A stretch of 40,915 nt of DNA. Source: Actinomycetes bacterium. GTDB lineage: Bacteria; Actinomycetota; Actinomycetes; JACCUZ01. Location: positions 1 through 40,915 of the forward strand of contig DASTVO010000455.1 of assembly GCA_035759075.1 (NCBI GenBank). Reading direction: 5' to 3'. Both the position numbers and the translations under genes were made by a program. Of the stretch, positions 1-8,320 are shown one piece after another; the first letter of the stretch is position 1; every line of letters starts with the position of its first letter. Below the pieces are notes generated by a model, which did no database searches, was not told the origin of the DNA, and worked only from the letters and a program-made list of their open reading frames with translations.

Positions 1-262
1 CTCGGTGAAGCGGCAGGCCATGCGTCGGCTCCCGTCGGTCGGTGTCAGCGGGCCGAAGACCCAGGTCAGGTGGATCGGAGCGGCTCAGTGCCAGGCGCCT
101 TGGTCGGACTGCTCCGATCATGACGTAGTGGCCGGTGCTGCGCGCGGAGTGGATGCCGACCAGCGGCGGTGGTAGCCGCACCCACGGGCACGACGGGCCC
201 TTGGGTGCGACCGCTGGTGCCGGTACGAGCGGCTCGACGTCTCAACATTGCCCCGGTCGTCG

Positions 263-1195
263 TCACCGCCGGGCCAGCGCCAGCACGTCGTCGACCTGGG
301 ACCGCGCGATGTCGACGTCGGGGGCCGGGAACAGCCCGACGCTGTGCACGCCCTCTCGCTCGAGCGCCGTCAGGTGCGCCACCGCGTCGTCCAGCGTGCC
401 CACCGGCCCGATCTCGGTCCACCAGGCGGCCGGCATCGAGGCCAGCGCGTCCGCGCCGCCCCGCCGGTAGAGCTCGACGAGCTCGCCGAAGAACGGCAGG
501 GCCTCCAGGCCGGCGGTCGGTGCGTCCAGCCGCTCCGCGAGCCACGGCGCCATGATCCGGTGCGCGGTGGCCCGGTCCGGCGTCACGCACAGCGGGGCGA
601 ACACGGCGACGTGGAAGGGGTCGGGACGGCCGGCCTGGTCCAGGGCCCACCGCACGTACGCGGGGGAGGCCGGTTCGGCCAGGACGATGCCCCCGGCGAC
701 GCGTCCGGCCATCGCCAGCGACTTCGGTCCACGGACCCCGGCCAGCACCGGCGGCGGGTCGGCCGGCGGCTGGTCCAGCGCGACCCCGCGGAGGTGCACC
801 TCGCGGCCCTCGACGGTCACCGTCTGGCCGGCCAGCAGGTCGGTCACCGCGACGATGACCTCCTCGAGGGTGGTCAGCGGCGACGGCGTCCGGGCGCCCA
901 TCTGCGCCATCCACTCCTGCACCCCGTGGCCGATGCCCGGCAGCACCCGCCCCGGAGCGAGGCCGCAGAGCGTCGCGATCTCCATGGCCGACACCGCGGG
1001 GTTGCGCGCGACGGCGGGCAGGATGCCGAGCCCGACCTGCAGCCGCTCGGTCACCGCGAGCGCGGCGCCGGCAAGGCTGATGCCGGCGGTGTAGAAGCAG
1101 TCCTCGATCAGCCACAGCTGGTCGGCGCCGCCCTCGTCGAGGCGGCGGGCCATCTCGGTCACCAGGGCAGGCGGGAAGGAGCGGTCGAAGCACAT
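263..1195 (-). CDS. luciferase-like monooxygenase (LLM) family oxidoreductase, possibly F420-dependent
   Basis: Track ORF 263..1255(-), trimmed to the ATG at 1195 (MCFDRSFPPALV...). Segments such as LWLIEDCFYTAGISLAG and GLGILPAVARNP resemble actinobacterial LLM oxidoreductases (from memory, not searched). The other ORFs overlapping this span are Arg/Pro/Gly-rich shadow frames. Confidence 0.7.
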   Translation of the reverse strand: MCFDRSFPPALVTEMARRLDEGGADQLWLIEDCFYTAGISLAGAALAVTERLQVGLGILPAVARNPAVSAMEIATLCGLAPGRVLPGIGHGVQEWMAQMGARTPSPLTTLEEVIVAVTDLLAGQTVTVEGREVHLRGVALDQPPADPPPVLAGVRGPKSLAMAGRVAGGIVLAEPASPAYVRWALDQAGRPDPFHVAVFAPLCVTPDRATAHRIMAPWLAERLDAPTAGLEALPFFGELVELYRRGGADALASMPAAWWTEIGPVGTLDDAVAHLTALEREGVHSVGLFPAPDVDIARSQVDDVLALARR

Positions 1196-1335
1196 GCCGG
1201 TCGCGGCGCGATGAGTCACCCGGCGACCGTAGCGACCGCTCGCGCGGTGTCGCACCGCCGCTTCGGCAGCATCGGATGCGGAAACGGCCCGGAAAGCGAC
1301 CGGTCAGGCATCCGATCCTCGGGGGATGTGGCCCG

Positions 1336-2451
1336 TCAGATGCGGCGGCCGCGGACGGTCAGGTCGCCGCTGCGCCGCCGGCGTACCGACTCGGCCGTCA
1401 GCCAGCCGAAGGCCGCGACCGACACCGGGTGCGTGAGCGCGTCCGGCCACACCCGGGCGCGCACCCGTCGCCCGACCAGCACCCGCCCGGCGACGCCCGC
1501 GGCGAAGCCGGCCAGGCCGACCCGGGAGCCGCGCAGGGCCGCGACCGGCGGCAGCACGTAGGCCAGCGCCAGCACTCCCACCACCCCGGCGGCCCCGGTG
1601 GGGGAGCCGAAGGCCGACCACAGCGACTTGGCGTAGCCGTCGCGCAGCGAGTCCCAGCCGTCGTACATCCGGCAGCTCGCCAGGTCGGTGCCGTCGACCA
1701 CCGTGCCGCGACCGCCCGCGCGCTTCAGCGCCCGCAGCAGCCCGATGTCCTCGAGCATCTCCGCGCGCACCGCGCCGTGTCCGCCGGCCCGCCGGTAGGC
1801 CGCGGCGTCCACGAGCAGCAGCTGCCCGTTGGCCGAGGCCAGCGACGGCCGCGGCGAGCGCTCCGCGACCCCGAGCGGCAGCGTGGTCAGCCAGGACCAC
1901 TGCAGCAGCGGCTGCACGAGCCGTTCCGGCACCGTGACGGCCAGCTGCCTGGGGTAGGGCGAGACGAGGTCGAGCTCGGCCCAGCGAAGCGTCGTCACCG
2001 ACGCGGCGACCGCCTGCGGCGCCAGCACGACGTCCGCGTCGATGAACACCAGGACTGCGGCGTCCGGGACGGCGGCGGCCAGCTGGTGGCACGCCCACGG
2101 CTTGCCCCACCAGCCGGGCGGCAGCGCGGCGCCCGTGAGCAGCCGGACCCGTGGGTCGTCACCGGCTACCCGGCGCACGACGTCGGCGGTGCCGTCGGTG
2201 GAGCCGTCGTCGAGCACGACCACCTCGGCGTCGCGCAGACCCTCCTGTGCGAGCAGCGACTGCAGGCACGGCTCCACCCGGTGGGCCTCGTCGCGGACCG
2301 GCAGCAGCAGCGCGACCCGCTCGGCCACCGGCGGCGGGTCGTGCGGCGGGACCCGCAGCCGCCGCAGGTTCCACGCCGCGTGCAGGGTGCCTGCAGCCGC
2401 CAGCGCGCTGCCGGCGGCGACGAGGGCGGCGCCTACGCCCGGGACTGCCAC
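1336..2451 (-). CDS. family 2 glycosyltransferase (carotenoid glycosyltransferase-like)
   Basis: Track ORF 1336..2721(-). GT2 signatures VVVLDDGSTDGT and IDADVVL are present. The ORF's 5' part overlaps the upstream gene, so the start is placed at the GTG at 2451 (19-nt overlap with the upstream stop at 2433). The start is approximate. Confidence 0.7.
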   Translation of the reverse strand: MAVPGVGAALVAAGSALAAAGTLHAAWNLRRLRVPPHDPPPVAERVALLLPVRDEAHRVEPCLQSLLAQEGLRDAEVVVLDDGSTDGTADVVRRVAGDDPRVRLLTGAALPPGWWGKPWACHQLAAAVPDAAVLVFIDADVVLAPQAVAASVTTLRWAELDLVSPYPRQLAVTVPERLVQPLLQWSWLTTLPLGVAERSPRPSLASANGQLLLVDAAAYRRAGGHGAVRAEMLEDIGLLRALKRAGGRGTVVDGTDLASCRMYDGWDSLRDGYAKSLWSAFGSPTGAAGVVGVLALAYVLPPVAALRGSRVGLAGFAAGVAGRVLVGRRVRARVWPDALTHPVSVAAFGWLTAESVRRRRSGDLTVRGRRI

Positions 2452-3221
2452 AGCGACCAGAGGTAGGGCACGACCAGCAGGCCGAGCGCGACGCCGCCGG
2501 CGACGGCGACCGAGGTCGTGCCGAACCAGAAGACGTTCCCGACCACGTAGCCGACCCAGGTCCAGGTGAGCAGCGCGGCGGGCACCGACTCGTCGGCATA
2601 GTCGCGGGGGAGGACCGCGGTGAGCACGAGCATCATCAGCAGCCCCACGACGGCCCAGCCGGCGTAGTTGGTCAGCGGGATGCCGTCGACCCCGGGCAGC
2701 GACGGCTCCGGGTCGGCCCACGTCCAGTGGCCGTCACCGACCATCTGCGGGTCCAGGAAGACGTCCCAGCCGACCAGCCCCAGCGCACCGACGACCGGCA
2801 CCAGGCGCCGGGTCAGCCGCCGGGCCGCGAGCAGCACCGGGTAGGCCATCATCGTCCAGGCGAGCGGCACGACCAGCGGCACGTCGAAGAGCTCGGGTCC
2901 GAGAGTGCCCTCGTACGCGTACTCGCCGAACGGCAGCCCGGTGCGCACGCCGACCGCCTCCGCCGCCAGCCCGCCGCCGGCGGTCACGACGACCAGCCCG
3001 AACGCCCACGCCACCCCGCGGTGCACGGCCGCGTGCACGACGCAGGTGGCCGCGAACAGGAGGACGACCAGCACCGTCACGTCGCGCAGGGTGTCGCCCT
3101 CGACGAGCGGGTAGGCGATCTGCGCGGTCACCGTCAGGGCGGCGAGCAGCCAGGGGAGCGCACGCAGCGCGGGCCGCGGCCGGGCACGCCGGACGGGGCC
3201 GCCGTACGCGCGGGTGCTCAT
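2433..3221 (-). CDS. carotenoid biosynthesis membrane protein (DUF422 / CruF-like hydratase family)
   Basis: Track ORF 2433..3227(-), a multi-pass hydrophobic protein sandwiched between a desaturase and a glycosyltransferase. The ATG at 3221 overlaps the upstream TGA as ATGA; the GTG at 3227 is an alternative start. Confidence 0.65.
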   Translation of the reverse strand: MSTRAYGGPVRRARPRPALRALPWLLAALTVTAQIAYPLVEGDTLRDVTVLVVLLFAATCVVHAAVHRGVAWAFGLVVVTAGGGLAAEAVGVRTGLPFGEYAYEGTLGPELFDVPLVVPLAWTMMAYPVLLAARRLTRRLVPVVGALGLVGWDVFLDPQMVGDGHWTWADPEPSLPGVDGIPLTNYAGWAVVGLLMMLVLTAVLPRDYADESVPAALLTWTWVGYVVGNVFWFGTTSVAVAGGVALGLLVVPYLWSLWQSRA

Positions 3222-4774
3222 CGCCACTGCCGCCGGTGCGCCACGACGACGCGGGCCGCGGTGCGTCCGGACGCGCCGAAGACCCCGCCGCCCGGGTGGG
3301 TCGAGGCGCCGGTGAGGAACAGGCCGCGCACCGGCGTACGGTAGCCCGCCAGCTCGGGCAGCGGCCGGTAGGAGAACATCGAGTCCAGACCCATCTCGAC
3401 GTGCATCACGTTGCCGCGGCGCAGGCCGAGCTCGCGCTCGAGGTCGAGCGGGGTCTGGACGTGGACGTGCTCGATCGAGGCGGCGAAGCCGGGGGCGAGC
3501 TTCTCGACCTGCGCGACGATGCGGTCGCCCTCGCGCTGGCGGATGTCGTCCCAGTGCTCACCGGTGCTCAGCTCGTAGGGGTGCCACTGCGCCCACGCCG
3601 TGACGTTGTGCCGGCCGGGTGGGGCGATGGTCGGGTCGAGCGCGCTGAACGTCATCAGCAGGACCGCCGGCTCGCGCGGGGTGCGGCCGGCGCCGAAGTC
3701 GCCGTACGCGGCACGCAGCTGCGCCCGGCTGGATGCCAGCAGCTGCATCGCGGAGTACGGACCCTGCTGTGCTGCTGACGGATACGTGGGCAGCGCACGA
3801 GTGCCGAGCCGGACCACCATGCCCAGCCCGTTGCCGACCCGCACCGCCGTGCGCGCCCGCGCGAGCAGCGCCTCGTCGCCGAGCAGCTCGAGGGTGGTCA
3901 GGACGTGACAGCCGGCCACGACAGCGCGGGCCGCGATGTGCTCGCCGCTCTCGGTCCGCACGCCGGACACCCGGGCACCGTCCCGGGTGATCGCGGCGGC
4001 ACCGTCGCCGAGTCGCACGGTGCCGCCCAGGCGCCGCAGCCGCTCGGCCAGCGCCCGGGTCAGCGCACCGGACCCACCGACCGCCCGGCCCGGCGGGACG
4101 GAGTGCATCAGCGCGTTCCAGCCGACCAGGTCGGCGGTCGCGACCTCGTGGGTCGGGGGGCCGGACTGCGCGCCCAGCCAGGACAAGGCCGTCTTGAGCC
4201 GCTCGTCGGTGAAGTGCTCGTCGAGCAGCTGGTCGCCCGGCTGCAGGAACTGCCGGGACATCTCCAGCCCGCCGACCGAGGTGGCCTTGCCGGCGCCCCA
4301 CAGGTGCCGGCCGAGACGTCCGGCGGTCGGCCGGTCCTGGAACGCGGCGAACACGGCCTCGTTGCGGGCGCCCCAGTCGGCCACGAACGCCCGATAGGCC
4401 TCCGCGTCGCGGTCGCCGCAGACCGCGGCGATGGACTGGCAGGTGGTGTCGAGGTCGACCGAGAAGGTGATCGCTCGCTGGTCGTCCGGCGGGCCGAACG
4501 GCGCGAAGCCCCACGGGTCCATGTCGAGGTAGCGCAGCCCGCACTCGTCCAGGCGCAGGTCCTCCACGATGCCGGTGTGCCGGATCATGATGTGCGCGCT
4601 CGACCCGCGGTCGACCGCGTAGCCGGGCCAGCGCTCGACGGTGCTCACCGCGCCGCCGAGGACGGTGTCGGTCTCGACCACCTCGACGTCGAGGCCCTCG
4701 CGGGCGAGGTAGCACGCCGCGACGAGACCGTTGTGGCCGCTGCCGACCACGACGACGTCTCGGGAACGGCTCAC
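3218..4774 (-). CDS. phytoene desaturase-family FAD-dependent oxidoreductase (CrtD/CrtI-like)
   Basis: 518-aa ORF with an N-terminal Rossmann motif VVVVGSGHNGLVAACYLA. Its length and C-terminal GASTHPGGGV motif are typical of the CrtI/CrtD family. GTG start at 4774. Confidence 0.8.
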   Translation of the reverse strand: MSRSRDVVVVGSGHNGLVAACYLAREGLDVEVVETDTVLGGAVSTVERWPGYAVDRGSSAHIMIRHTGIVEDLRLDECGLRYLDMDPWGFAPFGPPDDQRAITFSVDLDTTCQSIAAVCGDRDAEAYRAFVADWGARNEAVFAAFQDRPTAGRLGRHLWGAGKATSVGGLEMSRQFLQPGDQLLDEHFTDERLKTALSWLGAQSGPPTHEVATADLVGWNALMHSVPPGRAVGGSGALTRALAERLRRLGGTVRLGDGAAAITRDGARVSGVRTESGEHIAARAVVAGCHVLTTLELLGDEALLARARTAVRVGNGLGMVVRLGTRALPTYPSAAQQGPYSAMQLLASSRAQLRAAYGDFGAGRTPREPAVLLMTFSALDPTIAPPGRHNVTAWAQWHPYELSTGEHWDDIRQREGDRIVAQVEKLAPGFAASIEHVHVQTPLDLERELGLRRGNVMHVEMGLDSMFSYRPLPELAGYRTPVRGLFLTGASTHPGGGVFGASGRTAARVVVAHRRQWR

Positions 4775-4799
4775 CGGCCGGAGTGTAGGACTGGGCAGG

Positions 4800-6425
4800 T
4801 CACGGTGTGACGCTGGTGATCACGGCGCCGTCCGGGTCGACCGCCTCGGCCCGGACCAGCTGCGACGCCGGTCGCGACACCGGCCCGAGGAACGCGTTCA
4901 CGTCGCCGCCTGCAGTGCGGACGGTCGAGACCGAGCCGTCCTCCCAGCGCAGCCGGACCGACGCCGCGTCGGGCGGAGCAACTCCCGCCACGCCGGTCGC
5001 GTCTGGGTCGTCCGTCAGCAGCAGCCGGAGAGCGCCCTCCACCGGCGCGCATGCGCTGTCGGTCGGGTTCCAGTAGGCGCGCGGCGGGCCGGCCCACCAG
5101 CGGCCGGCGGTCAGCCGGCACGCCGCGCCCCCGTCTGTGCGGACCTGCACGGCCCGGCCCTCACCCGCGTCGGCCGACGCCACGACCCGGTCCAGCGTGC
5201 GCGGCACGTCCGGGCCGAGGAGCGAGCCGGCCGGGATCAGGTCGACCACCGGGCGCCCGGCCCGCAGGACCCGCACCCGGGTCACGGCCTCCGGCGCGCG
5301 CACCGGCACGAAGGCCAGCCGGTTCTCCGTGAAGCTGCTGGACCGGGTGACCGCCTCGCCCGGCACGCTGCTCGTGACCTGGACGGTGTCGCCCACGTCC
5401 GGCGGCAGCAGCACCAGCAGCAGGGTCCGCTCGCCGTCACGCACCGGCTGCGCGACCAGCGACGAGAGCGACCGGTAGACGCCGGACGTGCCGCTGCGCA
5501 CCGATGCGTCCCGCCGCGTCGAGCGGAAGGTCGCCGACATGACGACCACCCCGCCGTCGGACGACTCGCCCCGCAGCAGCACCACCACGCGGTCGGAGCC
5601 GGGCGGCCGGCTGACCACCAGCGGGCGCAGCGCCGAGCCGCCGCCGACCGCGGCGACCGCGCGCCGGAACATGTCGTCGGTCAGCCGCACCGACCGCCAC
5701 GAGGCCTCCGGCTGCGCCTCACGGAGGACGGGCAGCGTCGTCGGCCGGTCCACCGGTGGCCGGTCCGGTCGGGTCACCGGTCCGTCCAGCACGGCGGCGG
5801 TCAGCGCGACGCCCGTCACCACGGCAGCCGCCGACCAGAGTGCCCGGCGGCGGCGCCTGCGGCGCTCACGGGCCGCCCGGCGCAGCTCGGGTCCGGTGAC
5901 CCGCCACGGCTGCACGGTCCCGGCCAGCGCCGCCAGCTCCCGGCCTACGGCGGCGTCGACGTCGGTACCGCCGTCCACGCGGTCGCGCAGCAGGCCCAGG
6001 GCAGCGGTGCGCCGCCGGGCGACCGTGCCCGGGGTCGTGCGCAGCAGCTCGCCGACCTGGGCGGTGGTCAGCTGCTCGTGGCTGGACAGCACCAGCACAG
6101 CCCGCTGCCGGGCCGACAGGGTCGCCAGCACGTCGCCGGGGTCGGGGCCGGGGTCGGGCCGCGCGCGGGACCGGGCCAGGAACGTCCGCAGCAGCATCCC
6201 GCGGACGCGGTGCAGCGGGTCGTCGGAGGCGACGACGCGCCGCCACCTGCCCGCAGCCTGCACGAGCGTCTCGCGCAGCAACTCGGTGGCCGCGGGCCGG
6301 TCGCCGGTGAGCAGGCAGGCGGTGCGCAGCAACGGGAGCGCGTGCGAGGACACGAAGGCGTCGAAGCCGGCCGCGTCGGCGCGCAGCAGGTCCTCGCCGT
6401 TCGTCCGCGTCCCGACGTCGACCAC
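4800..6425 (-). CDS. SigE/ECF-type sigma-70 family domain fused to a transmembrane segment and an extracytoplasmic domain of about 340 aa
   Basis: Track ORF 4800..6452(-). The N-terminal part (about 165 aa) carries sigma region 2/4-like segments (LLRTACLLTGDRPAATELLRETL; LSARQRAVLVL...LTTAQVGELLRTTPGTVARR). An RRRRRR stretch follows, then a TM helix (ALWSAAAVVTGVALTAAVL). I prefer the GTG at 6425 because a GGGAGG Shine-Dalgarno lies 6 nt upstream; the ATG at 6452 has none. Confidence 0.7.
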   Translation of the reverse strand: MVDVGTRTNGEDLLRADAAGFDAFVSSHALPLLRTACLLTGDRPAATELLRETLVQAAGRWRRVVASDDPLHRVRGMLLRTFLARSRARPDPGPDPGDVLATLSARQRAVLVLSSHEQLTTAQVGELLRTTPGTVARRRTAALGLLRDRVDGGTDVDAAVGRELAALAGTVQPWRVTGPELRRAARERRRRRRRALWSAAAVVTGVALTAAVLDGPVTRPDRPPVDRPTTLPVLREAQPEASWRSVRLTDDMFRRAVAAVGGGSALRPLVVSRPPGSDRVVVLLRGESSDGGVVVMSATFRSTRRDASVRSGTSGVYRSLSSLVAQPVRDGERTLLLVLLPPDVGDTVQVTSSVPGEAVTRSSSFTENRLAFVPVRAPEAVTRVRVLRAGRPVVDLIPAGSLLGPDVPRTLDRVVASADAGEGRAVQVRTDGGAACRLTAGRWWAGPPRAYWNPTDSACAPVEGALRLLLTDDPDATGVAGVAPPDAASVRLRWEDGSVSTVRTAGGDVNAFLGPVSRPASQLVRAEAVDPDGAVITSVTP

Positions 6426-6482
6426 GCCTGGCCTCCCGTCCCTCGGGTCCATGGTGCGCCCGGTGGTCAGGCTGGTCTCAGG

Positions 6483-7178
6483 TCAGGGCGATAGACCCTG
6501 GAAGGTGCCCTCCACCCCGAGCACCTCGAACCGCGCGAACAGCTCCTCCACGTACCAACCGAGCTCCGCGGTGCGCCGCACCGCCTCGACGTGCGGGGAC
6601 CGCCGGTGGGCGAACTCGGTCAGCGCGGCGGGGGAGTCCCACAGGCTGAACGTGCCCTGCAGCCCGATCGGCGCCTCGCCGATGCCGACGGCCATCCGCA
6701 GGTCCTGGCTTCTGTGCAGATCGGCGGACACGGGAGGAACCGACCGCCAGAATGTCGCTATGCGTCGGGGGGCGATGCGGGCGCGGGTGACGGCTGCCAC
6801 CGGGCCGTCGTACGGGCTGGGGACCGGGTCACCGAACGGCTGCTGCCCTGACCACCGCCCACGGCTGGTCAGCGGACGGAGATCGACCCGCAGCCGCTCG
6901 GAGGCGATTCGAGCCCACGAACGCGCCACCGGGCCGCGCTCGAAGTCTCCGGCGTCCTGCGTGCTGTCCCACGTGGCGAGCAGCCCCCAGTGGTGCGGGT
7001 CGGCGTCACGTACCGTGAAGGTCCGTCCGTCGCCAGTGCCCAGCAGCTTGGCGAAGGCGGGCCCGCCCGGCGCGCAGAGTGGCCGCCGGTGCAGGCCCAT
7101 CCGGAGAAGGGCTCCGGGGACGCGGCTCGTGGGAACCCCCCACAGGTGCAGCGTGACGAGATCCGGGGTTCTGCCCAC
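6483..7178 (-). CDS. spheroidene monooxygenase-like protein (CrtA family)
   Basis: This is the 3' part of track ORF 6483..7625(-). VTLHLWGVPTSRVPGALLRMGLHRRPL...FAKLLGTGDGRTFTVRDADPHHWGLLATW matches my memory of actinobacterial proteins annotated as spheroidene monooxygenase. The GTG at 7178 is the first in-frame start before this segment. The upstream part of the ORF is Arg/Gly shadow sequence crossing the intergenic repeats. Confidence 0.6.
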   Translation of the reverse strand: MGRTPDLVTLHLWGVPTSRVPGALLRMGLHRRPLCAPGGPAFAKLLGTGDGRTFTVRDADPHHWGLLATWDSTQDAGDFERGPVARSWARIASERLRVDLRPLTSRGRWSGQQPFGDPVPSPYDGPVAAVTRARIAPRRIATFWRSVPPVSADLHRSQDLRMAVGIGEAPIGLQGTFSLWDSPAALTEFAHRRSPHVEAVRRTAELGWYVEELFARFEVLGVEGTFQGLSP

Positions 7179-7181
7179 TTC

Positions 7182-7223
7182 CGAGACATTACGGATACCC
7201 CTCGAGACATTACGGATACCCCT
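7182..7223. repeat. perfect 21-bp tandem direct repeat x2 (CGAGACATTACGGATACCCCT), candidate operator/promoter
   Basis: Read directly: 7182-7202 is identical to 7203-7223, and identity extends one base further on each copy. It is locally lower in G+C than the surroundings. It lies in the divergent region between the GTG at 7178(-) and the + gene starting at 7232/7247. Confidence 0.9.
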
Positions 7224-7246
7224 CAGGATGCTTGAACCGCCGGTCG

Positions 7247-8218
7247 ATGTGGGTATGGACCCCACCGGTTGCCATCTCACCGACGAAGGACCAGCTCGCC
7301 TTGTCTGACCTCGCCGTTGCCGACACGACCGACACGACCGACACGTCCGACACGGTCGATACGGACCACACCGCGCGCCCGCACCGGCGCGCCGGTCGCC
7401 GGCTGCTCGCCCTCGGCCTCGTCGTGGCCCTGGCGGTCTCCGTATGGAGCCTCGACCGCGTCCCCGGTGTCTCCTGGGCGCCCGCCCTGCTCGGCCTGGT
7501 GCCGTGGATCCTCGGCAAGTACGTCCTGTGCCCGCTGCGCTGGCACGCTCTGTCCAGCGCCGGGAAGCCGCGGCGCTGGCACCTGCGGGCGTACGCGGAG
7601 AGCGAGCTGATCGGGCTCGCGTCACCGGCGCACGTCGGCGCGGACCTGTGGCGCATGCACCGGCTGAAGGAGGCCGGCCAGTCCCGGCCCTGCGCCATCG
7701 CCGAGGTCGGCCTGGACCGGCTGGTCGGGGCGATCGGGCTCACCGTGTTCGTCGTGATCGCCGGCGCCGCGCTGCCACCGCAGCTGCTGCTCGCGGCCGG
7801 CGGCATCGCCGTGGCGCTGCTCGTCGGCGCCCTGGTGATGCGCAAGGTGCGGCCCGGCATGCTGGCGGAGCGGCCACTGCCCCCGCCGCGGGTGCTGGTC
7901 AAGGGCGTCCTCATCTCGATGGCCTACCAGCTCTCGATCATGGGGCTGCTGATCGGCAACCTGGCCGCGATGGGCGAGCAGGTGCAGCCGCTGGCGCTGC
8001 TCGGCGTGTTCGGGGCCAGCCAGGTGGCCGGGATCATCCCCGGCGTCCACGGCGCGAGCCCCCGCGAGGGTGCCCTCGTGGTCGGCCTCGCCTCGCTCGG
8101 CGTCACCTGGACCGCGGCTCTCGGCGCCGTCGCCCTGGCGGCTGTGGTCGCCTGGCTCCCGGCGCTGCTGCTGGGCGGGCTGAGCCTCGGCGCCCGGCGG
8201 CTGCGTCTCGCGTCCTGA
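7247..8218 (+). CDS. flippase-like / lysylphosphatidylglycerol-synthase transmembrane-domain protein (UPF0104-like)
   Basis: Track ORF 7232..8218(+), a multi-pass membrane protein with glycine-rich helices (GASQVAGIIPGVHGASPREGALV). The start is uncertain: TTG 7232, ATG 7247 or TTG 7301 are all in frame. Confidence 0.6.
   Translation: MWVWTPPVAISPTKDQLALSDLAVADTTDTTDTSDTVDTDHTARPHRRAGRRLLALGLVVALAVSVWSLDRVPGVSWAPALLGLVPWILGKYVLCPLRWHALSSAGKPRRWHLRAYAESELIGLASPAHVGADLWRMHRLKEAGQSRPCAIAEVGLDRLVGAIGLTVFVVIAGAALPPQLLLAAGGIAVALLVGALVMRKVRPGMLAERPLPPPRVLVKGVLISMAYQLSIMGLLIGNLAAMGEQVQPLALLGVFGASQVAGIIPGVHGASPREGALVVGLASLGVTWTAALGAVALAAVVAWLPALLLGGLSLGARRLRLAS
7321..7365 (+). repeat. degenerate 9-bp tandem repeat x5 (CGACACGAC-like)
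   Basis: Read directly: cgacacgac cgacacgac cgacacgtc cgacacggt cgatacgga. In the frame of the flippase-like ORF it encodes DTTDTTDTSDTVDTD. Confidence 0.85.
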
Positions 8219-8320
8219 CCGGCTCTCCCCGCGTACCTCCACGTCGGGAGGACTAAAGCCCTTGTCTCCTGTCGTTGCATTGGCGACGGTGGAGACCGGA
8301 CGCCGGCGCTGGGAGGCGCG

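Noticed and set aside
1-262. Possible gene fragments at the left edge: a minus-strand ATG at 21 running off the window, and the 3' tail of ORF 66..1193.
   Set aside because: Only about 7 codons of the first are visible. The second has no plausible start outside the overlap with the LLM gene. There is not enough sequence to support any call.
7182-7365. Possible CRISPR array or mobile-element terminal repeats, considered because of the 21-bp and 9-bp direct repeats. The 15-bp repeat at 18279 was considered for the same reason.
   Set aside because: The repeats are directly abutting with no spacers, only 2-5 copies long, and no cas, transposase or integrase genes are nearby. They are simple tandem duplications.
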